This document shows positions 48,601 through 57,317 of a DNA stretch of 64,000 bases, in pieces. The position numbers were made by a program, and so were the translations under genes. Source of the stretch: a virus; the IMG/VR virus record IMGVR_UViG_3300035698_026135, positions 1-64,000 of that record; one strand, given 5' to 3'. Position 1 is the stretch's first letter. Each line of letters opens with the position of its first letter. Below the pieces are notes generated by a model. It had not been told where the DNA came from, did no database searches, and saw only the letters and a list, made by a program, of their open reading frames with translations.

Positions 48601-48669
48601 AACATCGTAGATTCTACGATCTATATCGAAAAAGGAGATGATGGCTTTGCTACTTGTAGGGTGTCATAA
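45601..48669 (+). CDS. Fused Mre11/SbcD nuclease - Rad50/SbcC ATPase (gp47-gp46-like)
   Basis: ADVH, CGDLFH, PGNHD, LGDLH, YPGS; Walker A GKNATGKS; coiled coil with PCGDEYPSC; GSGFE; ILILDEP; IISH. Confidence 0.9.
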   Translation: MKIAAIADVHIRALEYLDEMEYTFDRLYESLERESVDLVVICGDLFHNKLTATHEYFDCAFRFLKTLSDKYETVVIPGNHDLALSNRDRLDAITPVVQAVNSPNLHYFLTSKETFTKDFNGQRFVFHHFSIIDKKSDWPDYENIIKHKEDSVHIALYHGDIDGACYDNGWVSRGNKDEIKIFSGFDFAMLGDLHKYQMLTDRIGYPGSLRQNNFGELELRKGYLLWDIESKEEFSVKRSVLPQKRHFYTINVDPKEGIPKDLDIKKDSRIRVVLTARATISEDLKIREEVKNKFLPSGEISVIPPKDVVPLGDIEIGDEQIPQGNLRDSLTQKKLIEDYFSGQGFDEKTIKGVCDLDQLYNGELNSDILRDVIWKPKKLSFNNMFSYGKSNSIDFSKINGLVGILGKNATGKSSVIESLCYTIFNKINKEGANKNADYINSKKRKCSTKLEVNFGGEDYFIERSTSKSKSSKTPPVNEVNFYKKSEGKTLSLNGEDKPSTNAAIRSIFGDLGDFVTTSLSPQEGLIEFLKTRGTDKKKIFAKFLDLEIFEKKCKFAELDYSELKSKAKEYSNVDFFQELISLRESKLEIDLSTKESVKQRDDLRKRVENTSSRIIDRSSHIKDIDFDVSATEDSINSLIERNQSDIESTKSRLKTLSAATEGFESLLANVDSHNAKIEEINEKLNGISLVESKIKEKKKKLKTLDIVPCGDEYPSCPFIIESHQAKADLRQFDESRLDVKGDLRIELESFKELVAEARGKKDQASEVPVLSVKLENLNLKRDQLISQLKSFQKNKDLIIENKHTIDDINNLKKEKEKLNQELWATEEKILDLARRQENKNRDILDCETTQEKIEKVRVSIKSYELYLKAMGKNGISYRIISQRLPAINEEINRILSNVATFSILIDDDQKSKSIQIYLYDEEKGKRTMELGSGFEKTMVSLAIRAALWNISSLPKAPILILDEPFGFIEEDKISATIRMLKYLKNYFTHIFIISHDVNMKNIVDSTIYIEKGDDGFATCRVS

Positions 48670-48674
48670 AAATT

Positions 48675-49466
48675 ATGTCTAAATTAAACATTGACTGGAA
48701 GAGTATTATTATAGCAATAGTGGTCGCCGCCCTTGGGGCCTTTGGCCTGAGTTCGTTTTTGCGAGCCAACAAAGAGGCCGAGAAGCGAGTTGAGGCTCAA
48801 AATAAGATTGCACAAATGAGTGAAATCTTTCAGGAGTCAGAAAACGTCTGGTCTCGTCTCGCACAACAAAGAAAAGATCTTTCCGACATTCTCCGCCTGG
48901 AAAACGAAGGACTCGCAGACAAAATCGAAGAACGCGATGAGCACATATCAAATCTAATGTTTGCCGTTGGCAAATTTAAATCGATTAAAGTCATAGTCAA
49001 GAGAGAAAATGTCGATCAAACCACAAAGGATGACAGGACCAGGGTAGATTTTGACGAGACGTGGAATGAGTTCATTAGAATCAGTGGCCACACCCTAACC
49101 GACCCCCCAGAAGCAGAGCTGAGCCTGGACTGGTTGCGCCCTGCAAACTTTAAGGTCGTGACAACGCAGCTTGACGATCTGAGCTGGAAGCATTATCTAG
49201 AGTCTGACATCCCCAATTTAGAAATTGGAGAAATTGATGGGTATGTAAACCCTAAAGTTCGAAATAATAAAAGCATACTTAACGGAGTAATCCTTGGAGG
49301 AGCCCTCCAAACATCCTCAGCCCTCGATTCACTCAACGCGAACATCTTTGGGCTATATGAATTTGGTGGAGAAATCGGTATCGGACCTGTTATCGGCGTC
49401 GCCACCATCGAAGATAAGTCCAGATTTAATTTTGGGCTACAATTTCAATGGAGGCCTTGGGACTGA
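48675..49466 (+). CDS. Membrane-anchored coiled-coil protein with C-terminal amphipathic beta-strands (spanin-like?)
   Basis: TM helix IIIAIVVAALGAFGL; coiled coil; ends FNFGLQFQWRPWD. Confidence 0.55.
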   Translation: MSKLNIDWKSIIIAIVVAALGAFGLSSFLRANKEAEKRVEAQNKIAQMSEIFQESENVWSRLAQQRKDLSDILRLENEGLADKIEERDEHISNLMFAVGKFKSIKVIVKRENVDQTTKDDRTRVDFDETWNEFIRISGHTLTDPPEAELSLDWLRPANFKVVTTQLDDLSWKHYLESDIPNLEIGEIDGYVNPKVRNNKSILNGVILGGALQTSSALDSLNANIFGLYEFGGEIGIGPVIGVATIEDKSRFNFGLQFQWRPWD

Positions 49467-49729
49467 TGAAAAAAATAGAACTAGAAGAAAGAGAAGAGCG
49501 GGTCACGCAAGAGGATCGGGATGCATATAAAATTCCCTTTGCTTGCTATGGGTGCAATTCACTAATGTATAACTGGGACCGTAGATGGTTCTATAAACAT
49601 GGAGTATGCGCAGATTGCTCTATAGAATATATAGAGGATAGAGATTTGTCAGAAGATTTATTGAGAGATCGCCCTAAGTTATTGGCGTATGTCAAAGAAA
49701 AAATAACCGAAAGAAAGAAAAAAGAATAA
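49466..49729 (+). CDS. Small zinc-finger protein (start moved to ATG 49466)
   Basis: PFACYGC..LM...D......GVCADC. Confidence 0.65.
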   Translation: MKKIELEEREERVTQEDRDAYKIPFACYGCNSLMYNWDRRWFYKHGVCADCSIEYIEDRDLSEDLLRDRPKLLAYVKEKITERKKKE

Positions 49730-49754
49730 GTATAGGTATAAATGGAGATTTAAT

Positions 49755-50252
49755 ATGTCTAAACCCCACACAATCACAAAGTTTAAAGAGATGCCCAGAG
49801 AGTTTGTTTACGAACAGGGCAAGGATTTGTCGTCCGTTCTGCACAATATCGTAGTAGATATTCGAGAAGAGGCCGATCAAGCCATGGTCAATGATTGGAG
49901 TATTTCTCCAAGCCAATTAAAGGCCTGCCACGTAAAAGTTCATGGAACAGGAGATCTTCCGAAGGTTGAACTCAGAGTTTCCGAGATGCACGGTGGATAT
50001 TTGGGAGATTTAGCTAACCCCCAGGAGCTTTCCAGGCGCGGAACAGAGACTCTGAAATTGCTTGGTAAATTTGAAAAGGATCTCAAGAAGAAATTCAAAG
50101 AAAGATCCGGTAAGACTCTCTCCCTATCGAAAGGAAAACCCCATGTAGATTGGCAATTAGTCGCAGCAAACGGCCTTTATCAATTTATTGCAACGAAAGT
50201 TTGTGATGTAAAGACGGCGATGCCGGGCCACACATGGGACAAAGACGAGTAA
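49755..50252 (+). CDS. Hypothetical protein upstream of terminase
   Basis: 165-aa ORF with GGAG SD. Confidence 0.6.
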   Translation: MSKPHTITKFKEMPREFVYEQGKDLSSVLHNIVVDIREEADQAMVNDWSISPSQLKACHVKVHGTGDLPKVELRVSEMHGGYLGDLANPQELSRRGTETLKLLGKFEKDLKKKFKERSGKTLSLSKGKPHVDWQLVAANGLYQFIATKVCDVKTAMPGHTWDKDE

Positions 50253-50267
50253 GAGGCTCTTCATCGT

Positions 50268-51917
50268 TTGTCGAAAGAAATACTAAAAAACGACGCCATC
50301 AAAGAAGTTCTTAGATGTTCCAGAGACCCAGTTTATTTCATAAACAATTATTGTAAAATCAAGCACCCCCATCGCGGCTTGGTCACCTTTAAACTCTACG
50401 AATATCAAGAAGAGGCAATCCATAACTTCTTGACTTATGACAAAAACATTGTCAATAAATCAAGGCAGTTGGGGTATTCTACATTGCTGGGCGCATTTAT
50501 CGCCTGGCTTATCTTATTTCATAAAGATAAAGAGGTTTTGGTCGTTGCGACAAAGAAGGACGTCTCAACAAATCTTCTGAAGAAGGTTAAATTGATCTTA
50601 AAACACCTTCCCGACTGGATGTATCTTGCTGATATTACGACCAATCAGGCTCATACCCTCGCTTTGAGCAACGGCTCGTCTATGAAGTCTATACCGCGCT
50701 CTGATGACGCCGGACGCTCTGAGTCACTGGCGCTGCTTGTGATCGACGAAGCGGCTCATATCCGTGATATGGACGAGTTATGGAAAGGTTTGGCCTCGAC
50801 AGTAGCAACAGGAGGTAAGGCAATTGCTCTTAGTACGCCCAAGGGCGTTGGTAATTGGTTCTATCACTATTGCAGAGGCGCAAAGTCAAAAGAATTAGCA
50901 TGGAATTATCAAGAAGTTCCGTGGTGGCATAACCCCGATTATGCCCTGGGTCTCGAAGATGATGCCAACGTGCCTGGAGGAAAGACTTCGCCATGGTTCA
51001 GGGAAATGACAGAGGGTTGGTCAAACCAGCAGATCGCTCAAGAGCTTCTGGTCAGCTTCACAGAAACCGGAGATACATATTTTGAGCCATCAACAATAGA
51101 ACAGTATGACAACGCTTCTATCGAACCAATAGAAAGAAAGGGTTTTGACAAAGGTCTTTGGATTTATAAACTCCCAGGGAAAGATGATAAATTTATTTTG
51201 TCAGCAGACGTTGCAAGCGGAACCGCAGAGGACAATAGTTCATTTGTCGTGATGGAAATTAAGGAAATGGAGATCTTTGCCGAATTCAAAGGAAAGATAT
51301 CCCCAGATGTTTTTGGCGAATATATTGTTAACGAAATTTGCCCGACCTATAATAGCCCTTTGGTTGTCGTAGAAAATAATAGTATTGGAATGGTAACTGC
51401 TTTTACTATGAGAAACTTAGATTATAAAAATTTGGCCTACATAGACGAAAAAAGTGGAAAACTTGTAGATAAGTGGTATGCTGAATATAACGACATTCAA
51501 CCTGGATGGCGAACAACTGCAAAAAATAGACCTATAATACTACAAAAATTAGAAGAGTTCCTAAGAAAAGGTCTCATTAAGTCTTATTCTAAGAGAATGG
51601 CTAGCGAGATGCTTTCTTTTGTCTGGAAAAGCGGAAAACCTCAAGCGAGAAAAGGAGAGAACGACGATTTAATTATGGCTTTAGCTATAGCTGTTTGGAT
51701 GCACGAATCCTATTTTGCCCATACCTCATCTGGAAGCGACGTTGCGTCTATGTACGATGCTGTAATAATAAACAGCAATTCGGCATCAGAGAGAATTCCA
51801 AATAGTGGAAATAGAGTAGAATTAGAAAAACAAAGAATTCGTAAGATTGTAGACAATCAATCTAACTTAAGAGTGGGCAACAGCATAATTAATCTAGATT
51901 GGATCTATAAACAATAA
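50268..51917 (+). CDS. terL: Terminase large subunit (T4 gp17-like)
   Basis: DPVYFI.NY, KSRQLGYST (Walker A), LLVIDEAAHI (Walker B), LSTPKG, ADVASG..ED.S, DDLIMALA. Confidence 0.95.
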   Translation: MSKEILKNDAIKEVLRCSRDPVYFINNYCKIKHPHRGLVTFKLYEYQEEAIHNFLTYDKNIVNKSRQLGYSTLLGAFIAWLILFHKDKEVLVVATKKDVSTNLLKKVKLILKHLPDWMYLADITTNQAHTLALSNGSSMKSIPRSDDAGRSESLALLVIDEAAHIRDMDELWKGLASTVATGGKAIALSTPKGVGNWFYHYCRGAKSKELAWNYQEVPWWHNPDYALGLEDDANVPGGKTSPWFREMTEGWSNQQIAQELLVSFTETGDTYFEPSTIEQYDNASIEPIERKGFDKGLWIYKLPGKDDKFILSADVASGTAEDNSSFVVMEIKEMEIFAEFKGKISPDVFGEYIVNEICPTYNSPLVVVENNSIGMVTAFTMRNLDYKNLAYIDEKSGKLVDKWYAEYNDIQPGWRTTAKNRPIILQKLEEFLRKGLIKSYSKRMASEMLSFVWKSGKPQARKGENDDLIMALAIAVWMHESYFAHTSSGSDVASMYDAVIINSNSASERIPNSGNRVELEKQRIRKIVDNQSNLRVGNSIINLDWIYKQ

Positions 51918-51918
51918 T

Positions 51919-53940
51919 ATGCCTGAAAATACAAAATCTTTAACTCCTGGACCGAAAGGTCGCAATCCTGTAAAAATGATGCCGGACGGATCTGTCCTAA
52001 AGAAGCTGATAAGGCTCTTCAGAACAAATTCGGTGATGAAACACCACTTTCAGTCTGATGGATCAGCAAAACCCCAAGGAACCGCAAAGGCATTTTTCAA
52101 GAATGCCTACAGTTTCAACCAGAGCGTAATCCCCGGATACAGTGGATATGATAGATTTGCTCGCTATTCAGATTATGCAGAGATGGAATCTCATCCGATT
52201 CTCGCAAATGCCCTAAATATCGTCGCTGACGAGGTAACCCAGAAGAACGAAGACGGAAAAGTCATTCATCTGGTATCTGAGGACCAACAGATAGAGAAGC
52301 TCCTTCGCGAGCTGTTTAGCAACATTCTCAGACTCAACGGCAAACAGGGCTGGAAGCTTGTCCGCAACCTAATCAAATACGGCGATGCCGTCTATCTAAT
52401 TGATATTACTCCGGAAAATGGTGTTGTTGGACTTGTCCACATGCCAGCAAATGAAATCGAGAGAGAGGAGGGCTTCGATCGCGATGAACCTTCTGCTGTC
52501 AGATTCCGCTGGACAGCCAAGCAGAATATCGAAATTCCGAATGCCTACGTGGCACACTTTAGACTAGAAGGGAATGATATGTTTCATCCCTACGGACAGA
52601 GCGTCCTAGAGCCTGCTCGCCGCCCATGGAGGCAGATTGTTCTCCTTGAGGATGCGATGATGGTATATCGAATTACTCGCGCGCCAGAAAGAAGGATTTT
52701 TTATCTAGATGTCATGGGAGCACCACCCGAAGATGTTCCAAACATCATAAACAAGTTCAATGAAACGATTAAGAAAAGTGCCGTAATCGACAACCAAGGA
52801 AGAGTAGACCTTCGTTATGGTGGAACCTTGGCCATGGATGAAGATTATGTCATCCCGGTCAGAGGTGCAGATAGCAGCACGCGAATCGAAACGTTGCCTG
52901 GCGGACAAAACCTGGGAGATGTTGAGGATATTGAATTCATTCGAGCTAACCTATTTTCCGCTCTTGGTATCCCCAAAGCATTCTTGACTTTTGATCAAGA
53001 TATGAAATCAAAACAGGTATTGACACAAGAGGATATTCGCTTCGCTAGAACTGTAGCCAGAATTCAAGAGGTCGTCATTGACGAACTTATCAAAATTGGA
53101 ATGATTCACCTATATGTGAAGGGCCTACGAGGCGAACAGTTGATTAATTTCAAGATTAAAATGACGAATCCCTCGACCGTCGCCGAGCTTCAAAAGATGG
53201 AACTCCTTAGGGCGAGAATGGAACTTGTTATGAATGCCAAAGATGGCGTATTTGATACGACCTACATCTATAAAGAATTTTTAAATCTCTCCGATGATGC
53301 AATCGAGAAGATCAGAAAAGGACAGATTCAAGATAAGATGTTCCAGGCAAAACTTCTTCAGATAGAGAATGCCCAAGGCATGCAACAAGGCATGCCAGGA
53401 ATGGATCCAGGTATGGGCGGCGGAATGCCGATGCCAGGAATGGACCCAGGTATGGGCGGAGCACCACCTCCTATGGGCGGAGCGCCAGGAATGAACCCAG
53501 GAGCAGGAATGCCAGTTGAAGGACTTGAGATCGACGACGAGGCCGAGGAGCTTGACGAATATAAAGATCTGCACAGAGATTCCTCTGGGAATTTCAGAAC
53601 AAAGGCAAAACGAGGACTTGAGGGAACAGATCTCACAGGAGCAGGCGATCCAGACGATGATCCGTATGACATCGCAGGAATCAGAAGAACCTATGCCTCA
53701 CCAATGGGATCAAACGAATCGGTAGAACCGGCCCAGATGACGATGACCGAAGTCTTAAAATTGGTAAAAGAATTTTATAAAGATGAAGATGCGGAGAAGA
53801 AGAAAAATTCCAACGTATCTGAATACCCACTTGGAATGACGGAAGAGAAATTAAAAGAAATATTTGGCGACGATCAATCGGGCGCTCAGACGAAAGAAAT
53901 GCTCACAGAAGCCTACCATGAAAGCATCTGCCGGCTATAA
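51919..53940 (+). CDS. gp20: Portal protein (T4 gp20-like) with a low-complexity C-terminal extension
   Basis: LEDAMMVYRITRAPERRIFYLDV, EDYVIPVRG, IETLPGGQNLG..EDIE. Confidence 0.95.
   Translation: MPENTKSLTPGPKGRNPVKMMPDGSVLKKLIRLFRTNSVMKHHFQSDGSAKPQGTAKAFFKNAYSFNQSVIPGYSGYDRFARYSDYAEMESHPILANALNIVADEVTQKNEDGKVIHLVSEDQQIEKLLRELFSNILRLNGKQGWKLVRNLIKYGDAVYLIDITPENGVVGLVHMPANEIEREEGFDRDEPSAVRFRWTAKQNIEIPNAYVAHFRLEGNDMFHPYGQSVLEPARRPWRQIVLLEDAMMVYRITRAPERRIFYLDVMGAPPEDVPNIINKFNETIKKSAVIDNQGRVDLRYGGTLAMDEDYVIPVRGADSSTRIETLPGGQNLGDVEDIEFIRANLFSALGIPKAFLTFDQDMKSKQVLTQEDIRFARTVARIQEVVIDELIKIGMIHLYVKGLRGEQLINFKIKMTNPSTVAELQKMELLRARMELVMNAKDGVFDTTYIYKEFLNLSDDAIEKIRKGQIQDKMFQAKLLQIENAQGMQQGMPGMDPGMGGGMPMPGMDPGMGGAPPPMGGAPGMNPGAGMPVEGLEIDDEAEELDEYKDLHRDSSGNFRTKAKRGLEGTDLTGAGDPDDDPYDIAGIRRTYASPMGSNESVEPAQMTMTEVLKLVKEFYKDEDAEKKKNSNVSEYPLGMTEEKLKEIFGDDQSGAQTKEMLTEAYHESICRL
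53392..53501 (+). repeat. Coding direct repeat (MPGMDPGMGG) in the portal tail
   Basis: ATGCCAGGAATGGA(T/C)CCAGGTATGGGCGG at 53392 and 53431, with a partial third copy ending ~53501. Confidence 0.85.
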
Positions 53941-54052
53941 GAGCCGTTGGATTGGGAAGAAACTCTAGAAAGAAACGACGAAAAAGCAAATAAATTATTA
54001 GAAGAAGTCTATTTGCCAAATAAATAATAGTAGAAGCGAGAGAAAAAATAGA

Positions 54053-54286
54053 ATGACGCTTAATAATCCCATGAAAAATAAAATTACTGCTAAAAGGGTA
54101 GCTAGGGCAAAAAGAAGGCTGGTTAACCAATATTCTTTGGGTGGAGGTTTTATAAACTCCTACAATTCAGCCATTAATATTGAAGAAAGTCTTGGTTTTT
54201 TTAGGCAAAATATTTCGGCATGTTGTCGAGGAGAATCCAAAACATCTCATGGATATGTTTGGAGACATGAAAATGATACGACATAA
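54053..54286 (+). pseudogene. Stand-alone NUMOD1 domain (homing-endonuclease remnant)
   Basis: VNQYSLGGGFINSYNSA...E.SLG...NISACCRG.SKTSHGYVWR. Confidence 0.7.
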
Positions 54287-55121
54287 CAAAAAAAGAAATA
54301 CATTTATAGTTTACGAACAATTAATTACACTAGTCACACAACTGGCTGCTGGCGGAAATAAAACCGAGGCAAATTTTGTTGTTGAAATCATTAAGGAATG
54401 TTTTCACCCAAAAACACATTTGGGCCGAGAATACAAATTAATGAAGTCCGTCTTCGAAACGAGGCTGGGCTCAAAAGAGGATGCTCAGGATTTACTCAAA
54501 GAGGTTCTTTCAGAATCTAAGATTATTTCCCAAGAAAAACTGGAATTTGAGAAGGGCCGGCTTATAAAAAATATAAATAAATCCTTTTCTAAAGATTTTT
54601 ATAAAATCCCCATTAAAGAATACAAGCAGGCCGCATCCCTGCAAATCTTGATGAACGAATCCAGAACCAAAGATGTTGATACAACTCCCTCAGAGAGAGT
54701 TCAAATCAAGAAGACTTTAATTGAGACCATCACCAGAGCGAAACCTGCTCCCGCCCAAGAGGTTGATAGCCTGACGCTATCTTTGATGATCAAAAAGTTT
54801 AATGGAAGATACGCAAAAATAATGAATGAGGACCAACGACACCTTTTGTCTGCTTGGACAAACTTCATTGTCAACAAGGACGAAACTCAAGCTAAAAAGG
54901 TCATCGAAGAGAAGGTCGATAAGTTGAAAATTTCACTCTCCTCTTTAATGCATTCAAAAAATCATAAAAACAGTGAACTACGAGGCAGTCTAAAAGAAGC
55001 CTACGGCAAACTTGTTGAATCTAAGTTTGAACTAGATGAAAAATCAATTTATGAAGTTATGAGGTATTTTGACCTTACCGAGGACCTTAAAAATTATGAC
55101 CAAGAAGAAAAAGAAGTTTGA
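54273..55121 (+). CDS. Head-module helical protein of unknown function (start moved to ATG 54273)
   Basis: IRHNKKRNT..VYEQL; GGAG SD at 54261, which lies inside the NUMOD1 remnant. Confidence 0.65.
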   Translation: MIRHNKKRNTFIVYEQLITLVTQLAAGGNKTEANFVVEIIKECFHPKTHLGREYKLMKSVFETRLGSKEDAQDLLKEVLSESKIISQEKLEFEKGRLIKNINKSFSKDFYKIPIKEYKQAASLQILMNESRTKDVDTTPSERVQIKKTLIETITRAKPAPAQEVDSLTLSLMIKKFNGRYAKIMNEDQRHLLSAWTNFIVNKDETQAKKVIEEKVDKLKISLSSLMHSKNHKNSELRGSLKEAYGKLVESKFELDEKSIYEVMRYFDLTEDLKNYDQEEKEV

Positions 55122-57315
55122 TGAAGCATCGGTCACAGCCGATATAACAGGATACCTCGCTTCTCGAAAAGCTTTTGCTAACGGAGAGGTGTATAATAAA
55201 AATAAGAAGAATAAGAAACCGACTCCTTGGTACCTGAAAACGGTCAAGGAAGTCCGTGCTGGCGTTCGTAAAGCGCTCACCGAACACAGGCTCCTAAGCG
55301 AATCTGATTTGAATTCGTTTGATGATCACATTGAAGATCTAGAGAATCAACTCGCCGACGCCGAAGAGAGATATGCCGAAAAGCCAAAAGATGCCGCACG
55401 GCGATTCAAAGTCCGCGAACTAGGTAGTCAAGTTCAACGATCCCACAAAGCGAAAGAGCTTGGCGGAGACGATTGGAGAAGTTATCTCATTGACCCAGAA
55501 GGCCAAAAGAAGATTGACGATACCAAAAAAGAGAAATCTACACGAAACAAAAAACAATCAGTGGTGGACGATTTCGACAAAGATCCCGAAGTAGAAAACT
55601 TTGTCTCTGTTGTGACTCCGGGCATCACAAAGTGGGTAAAGGCCAACAAAAATAAAACTGGTGTTTGGCTTCTGAATAAGTTTCAAAAATATCTCAACCA
55701 GACTAATACGAACGCTAAAGAGCTTAAGGACATTGAGAGCCTCGTCAAAGATGTCCTGATTGGCAAATATGCCAATAGTCCGAACCTTACTTCTCCGCTT
55801 GGAAAACCTGCGGAGAGCGAAGAGGATAAAATTAAATATGGCACGCTCGCATTTCTAAAGGCAAAAGAAGGAGAGAAAACACCAGCGCAGCCAATGGATT
55901 CGCCAGAGATGAAAGTCAAAGGCTCAGGCAAACGCACCGCACCAGGCGCAGGAATGGTACAAAAGGGAAGCGATAGGTACCGCAAAAGAATCGCTAAAGA
56001 GCCAATGCCTGGAGCAATCGGAGACCTTCAAAAGCTTCACAAAAAGATAGACGTTGCACCAGAATTTAAAGGCAAGGCTGTTGTTCCACCCAAGAGCGGT
56101 CGGGGCGGAAGCTTTGATCCAGGAACAGCAGGAAAAGAACTTCAGCAATCTTATGTTAAGATTGTAGATGAGATTCTGTATGGAAAAAATGGCAAGTTTG
56201 ACGAACTCGTAAACATCATTGGCCGTCGCCATGGCATAAACGATATGCCAAAGGTTGTTGCGCACCTTGCAAGCTTCGAAAAAGAAGGCGTTGACATGAC
56301 AGAGAAGAATGTAGAAATGCAGTTTTCAGACAAGGAGATCGAGGCCCTTGGAGAATTGTCTGTCCTTTCCGATCCAACCGAAGTTGCAAAATTACAGAGT
56401 CAGGGATTTACTCAATTTGAGGACGCTCTAGGAAATTACCTAAGAGACCTCTTTGCCGATAGAGGATATGACATTAAAACGTCCGATGAAGACGATGACT
56501 TAGATTCAGATTCCGGCGCCGTGACAGATGGGATGAGAGCACTTCTTGCCATCGAATTGAAGGTTAAGAGAAACGAGGTGGACCAAGCCGCTTCCGAAAT
56601 GAGAAAATCGAATCCAGAAAAGTGGAACAAGGCTGAGACCGCCGCCCTGAGAAGGTTGAGAGATCTTTCTCCGAGCGATTTCACCAAAGAGATTCAGGGC
56701 CGAAAGGGCCGAACCGACGATGCAAAAGAGCTTGAAAAAAGAAAGGCTGCCCTCAAGCCATCAGTAGACAAAAGAAGAGAGGAAGACGAAGCAATAGTTG
56801 CCCCTATGGGAAAATCCGATTTCCAAAGAAGTCTGGATGCACGGGAATATCACCAAAATATGTCTGCAATGGACAGGGTTATTGCGAGGCAAGAGAAAGA
56901 GTCGGCCGAGAATGAAGATCAAGGCCTATTTAATCAGAGAGAAAACAAAATGAGTAAAAAAGAATCATACCAATTTAGCATCCTTGAGCTTTTCGAAGGC
57001 TTCGAGAATTCTTACGATATCGAGACCGACGAAAAAGAAGAAGAGTGGGAGAATGGAACCCTTGCGTCCAAGAAAGAATGGGTTAAAGACCTATCCCTAG
57101 AGTCCCTCATGAGGACTATTGTTGAATCCGAGAAGGATAGACACACCAGAACGCGAAGCCCAGAGCCCGCCGATTGGCTTGAAGGAGATGCAGAAGTAGA
57201 AGAGGAACTAAAAAACGTCAATGTTCCTGATGGTTGGAATAAAGGAAACACTCCAGATTCATGGCTCGCCGTTGGCAAGCATGCCGGAAAGCTTCCTGAC
57301 AACGAAAGGAAATAA
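55096..57315 (+). CDS. Large charged protein, probable internal head/core protein (start moved to ATG 55096)
   Basis: K/E/D-rich; between portal and prohead protease; several [LIF]xE sites. Confidence 0.6.
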   Translation: MTKKKKKFDEASVTADITGYLASRKAFANGEVYNKNKKNKKPTPWYLKTVKEVRAGVRKALTEHRLLSESDLNSFDDHIEDLENQLADAEERYAEKPKDAARRFKVRELGSQVQRSHKAKELGGDDWRSYLIDPEGQKKIDDTKKEKSTRNKKQSVVDDFDKDPEVENFVSVVTPGITKWVKANKNKTGVWLLNKFQKYLNQTNTNAKELKDIESLVKDVLIGKYANSPNLTSPLGKPAESEEDKIKYGTLAFLKAKEGEKTPAQPMDSPEMKVKGSGKRTAPGAGMVQKGSDRYRKRIAKEPMPGAIGDLQKLHKKIDVAPEFKGKAVVPPKSGRGGSFDPGTAGKELQQSYVKIVDEILYGKNGKFDELVNIIGRRHGINDMPKVVAHLASFEKEGVDMTEKNVEMQFSDKEIEALGELSVLSDPTEVAKLQSQGFTQFEDALGNYLRDLFADRGYDIKTSDEDDDLDSDSGAVTDGMRALLAIELKVKRNEVDQAASEMRKSNPEKWNKAETAALRRLRDLSPSDFTKEIQGRKGRTDDAKELEKRKAALKPSVDKRREEDEAIVAPMGKSDFQRSLDAREYHQNMSAMDRVIARQEKESAENEDQGLFNQRENKMSKKESYQFSILELFEGFENSYDIETDEKEEEWENGTLASKKEWVKDLSLESLMRTIVESEKDRHTRTRSPEPADWLEGDAEVEEELKNVNVPDGWNKGNTPDSWLAVGKHAGKLPDNERK

Positions 57316-57317
57316 AA

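Noticed and set aside
6724-55096. Longest-ORF starts from the track (6724, 11182, 11568, 19934, 20663, 26120, 49448, 54180, 55069)
   Set aside because: Each overlaps the upstream gene more extensively; downstream ATGs with stop/start coupling or an SD fit better.
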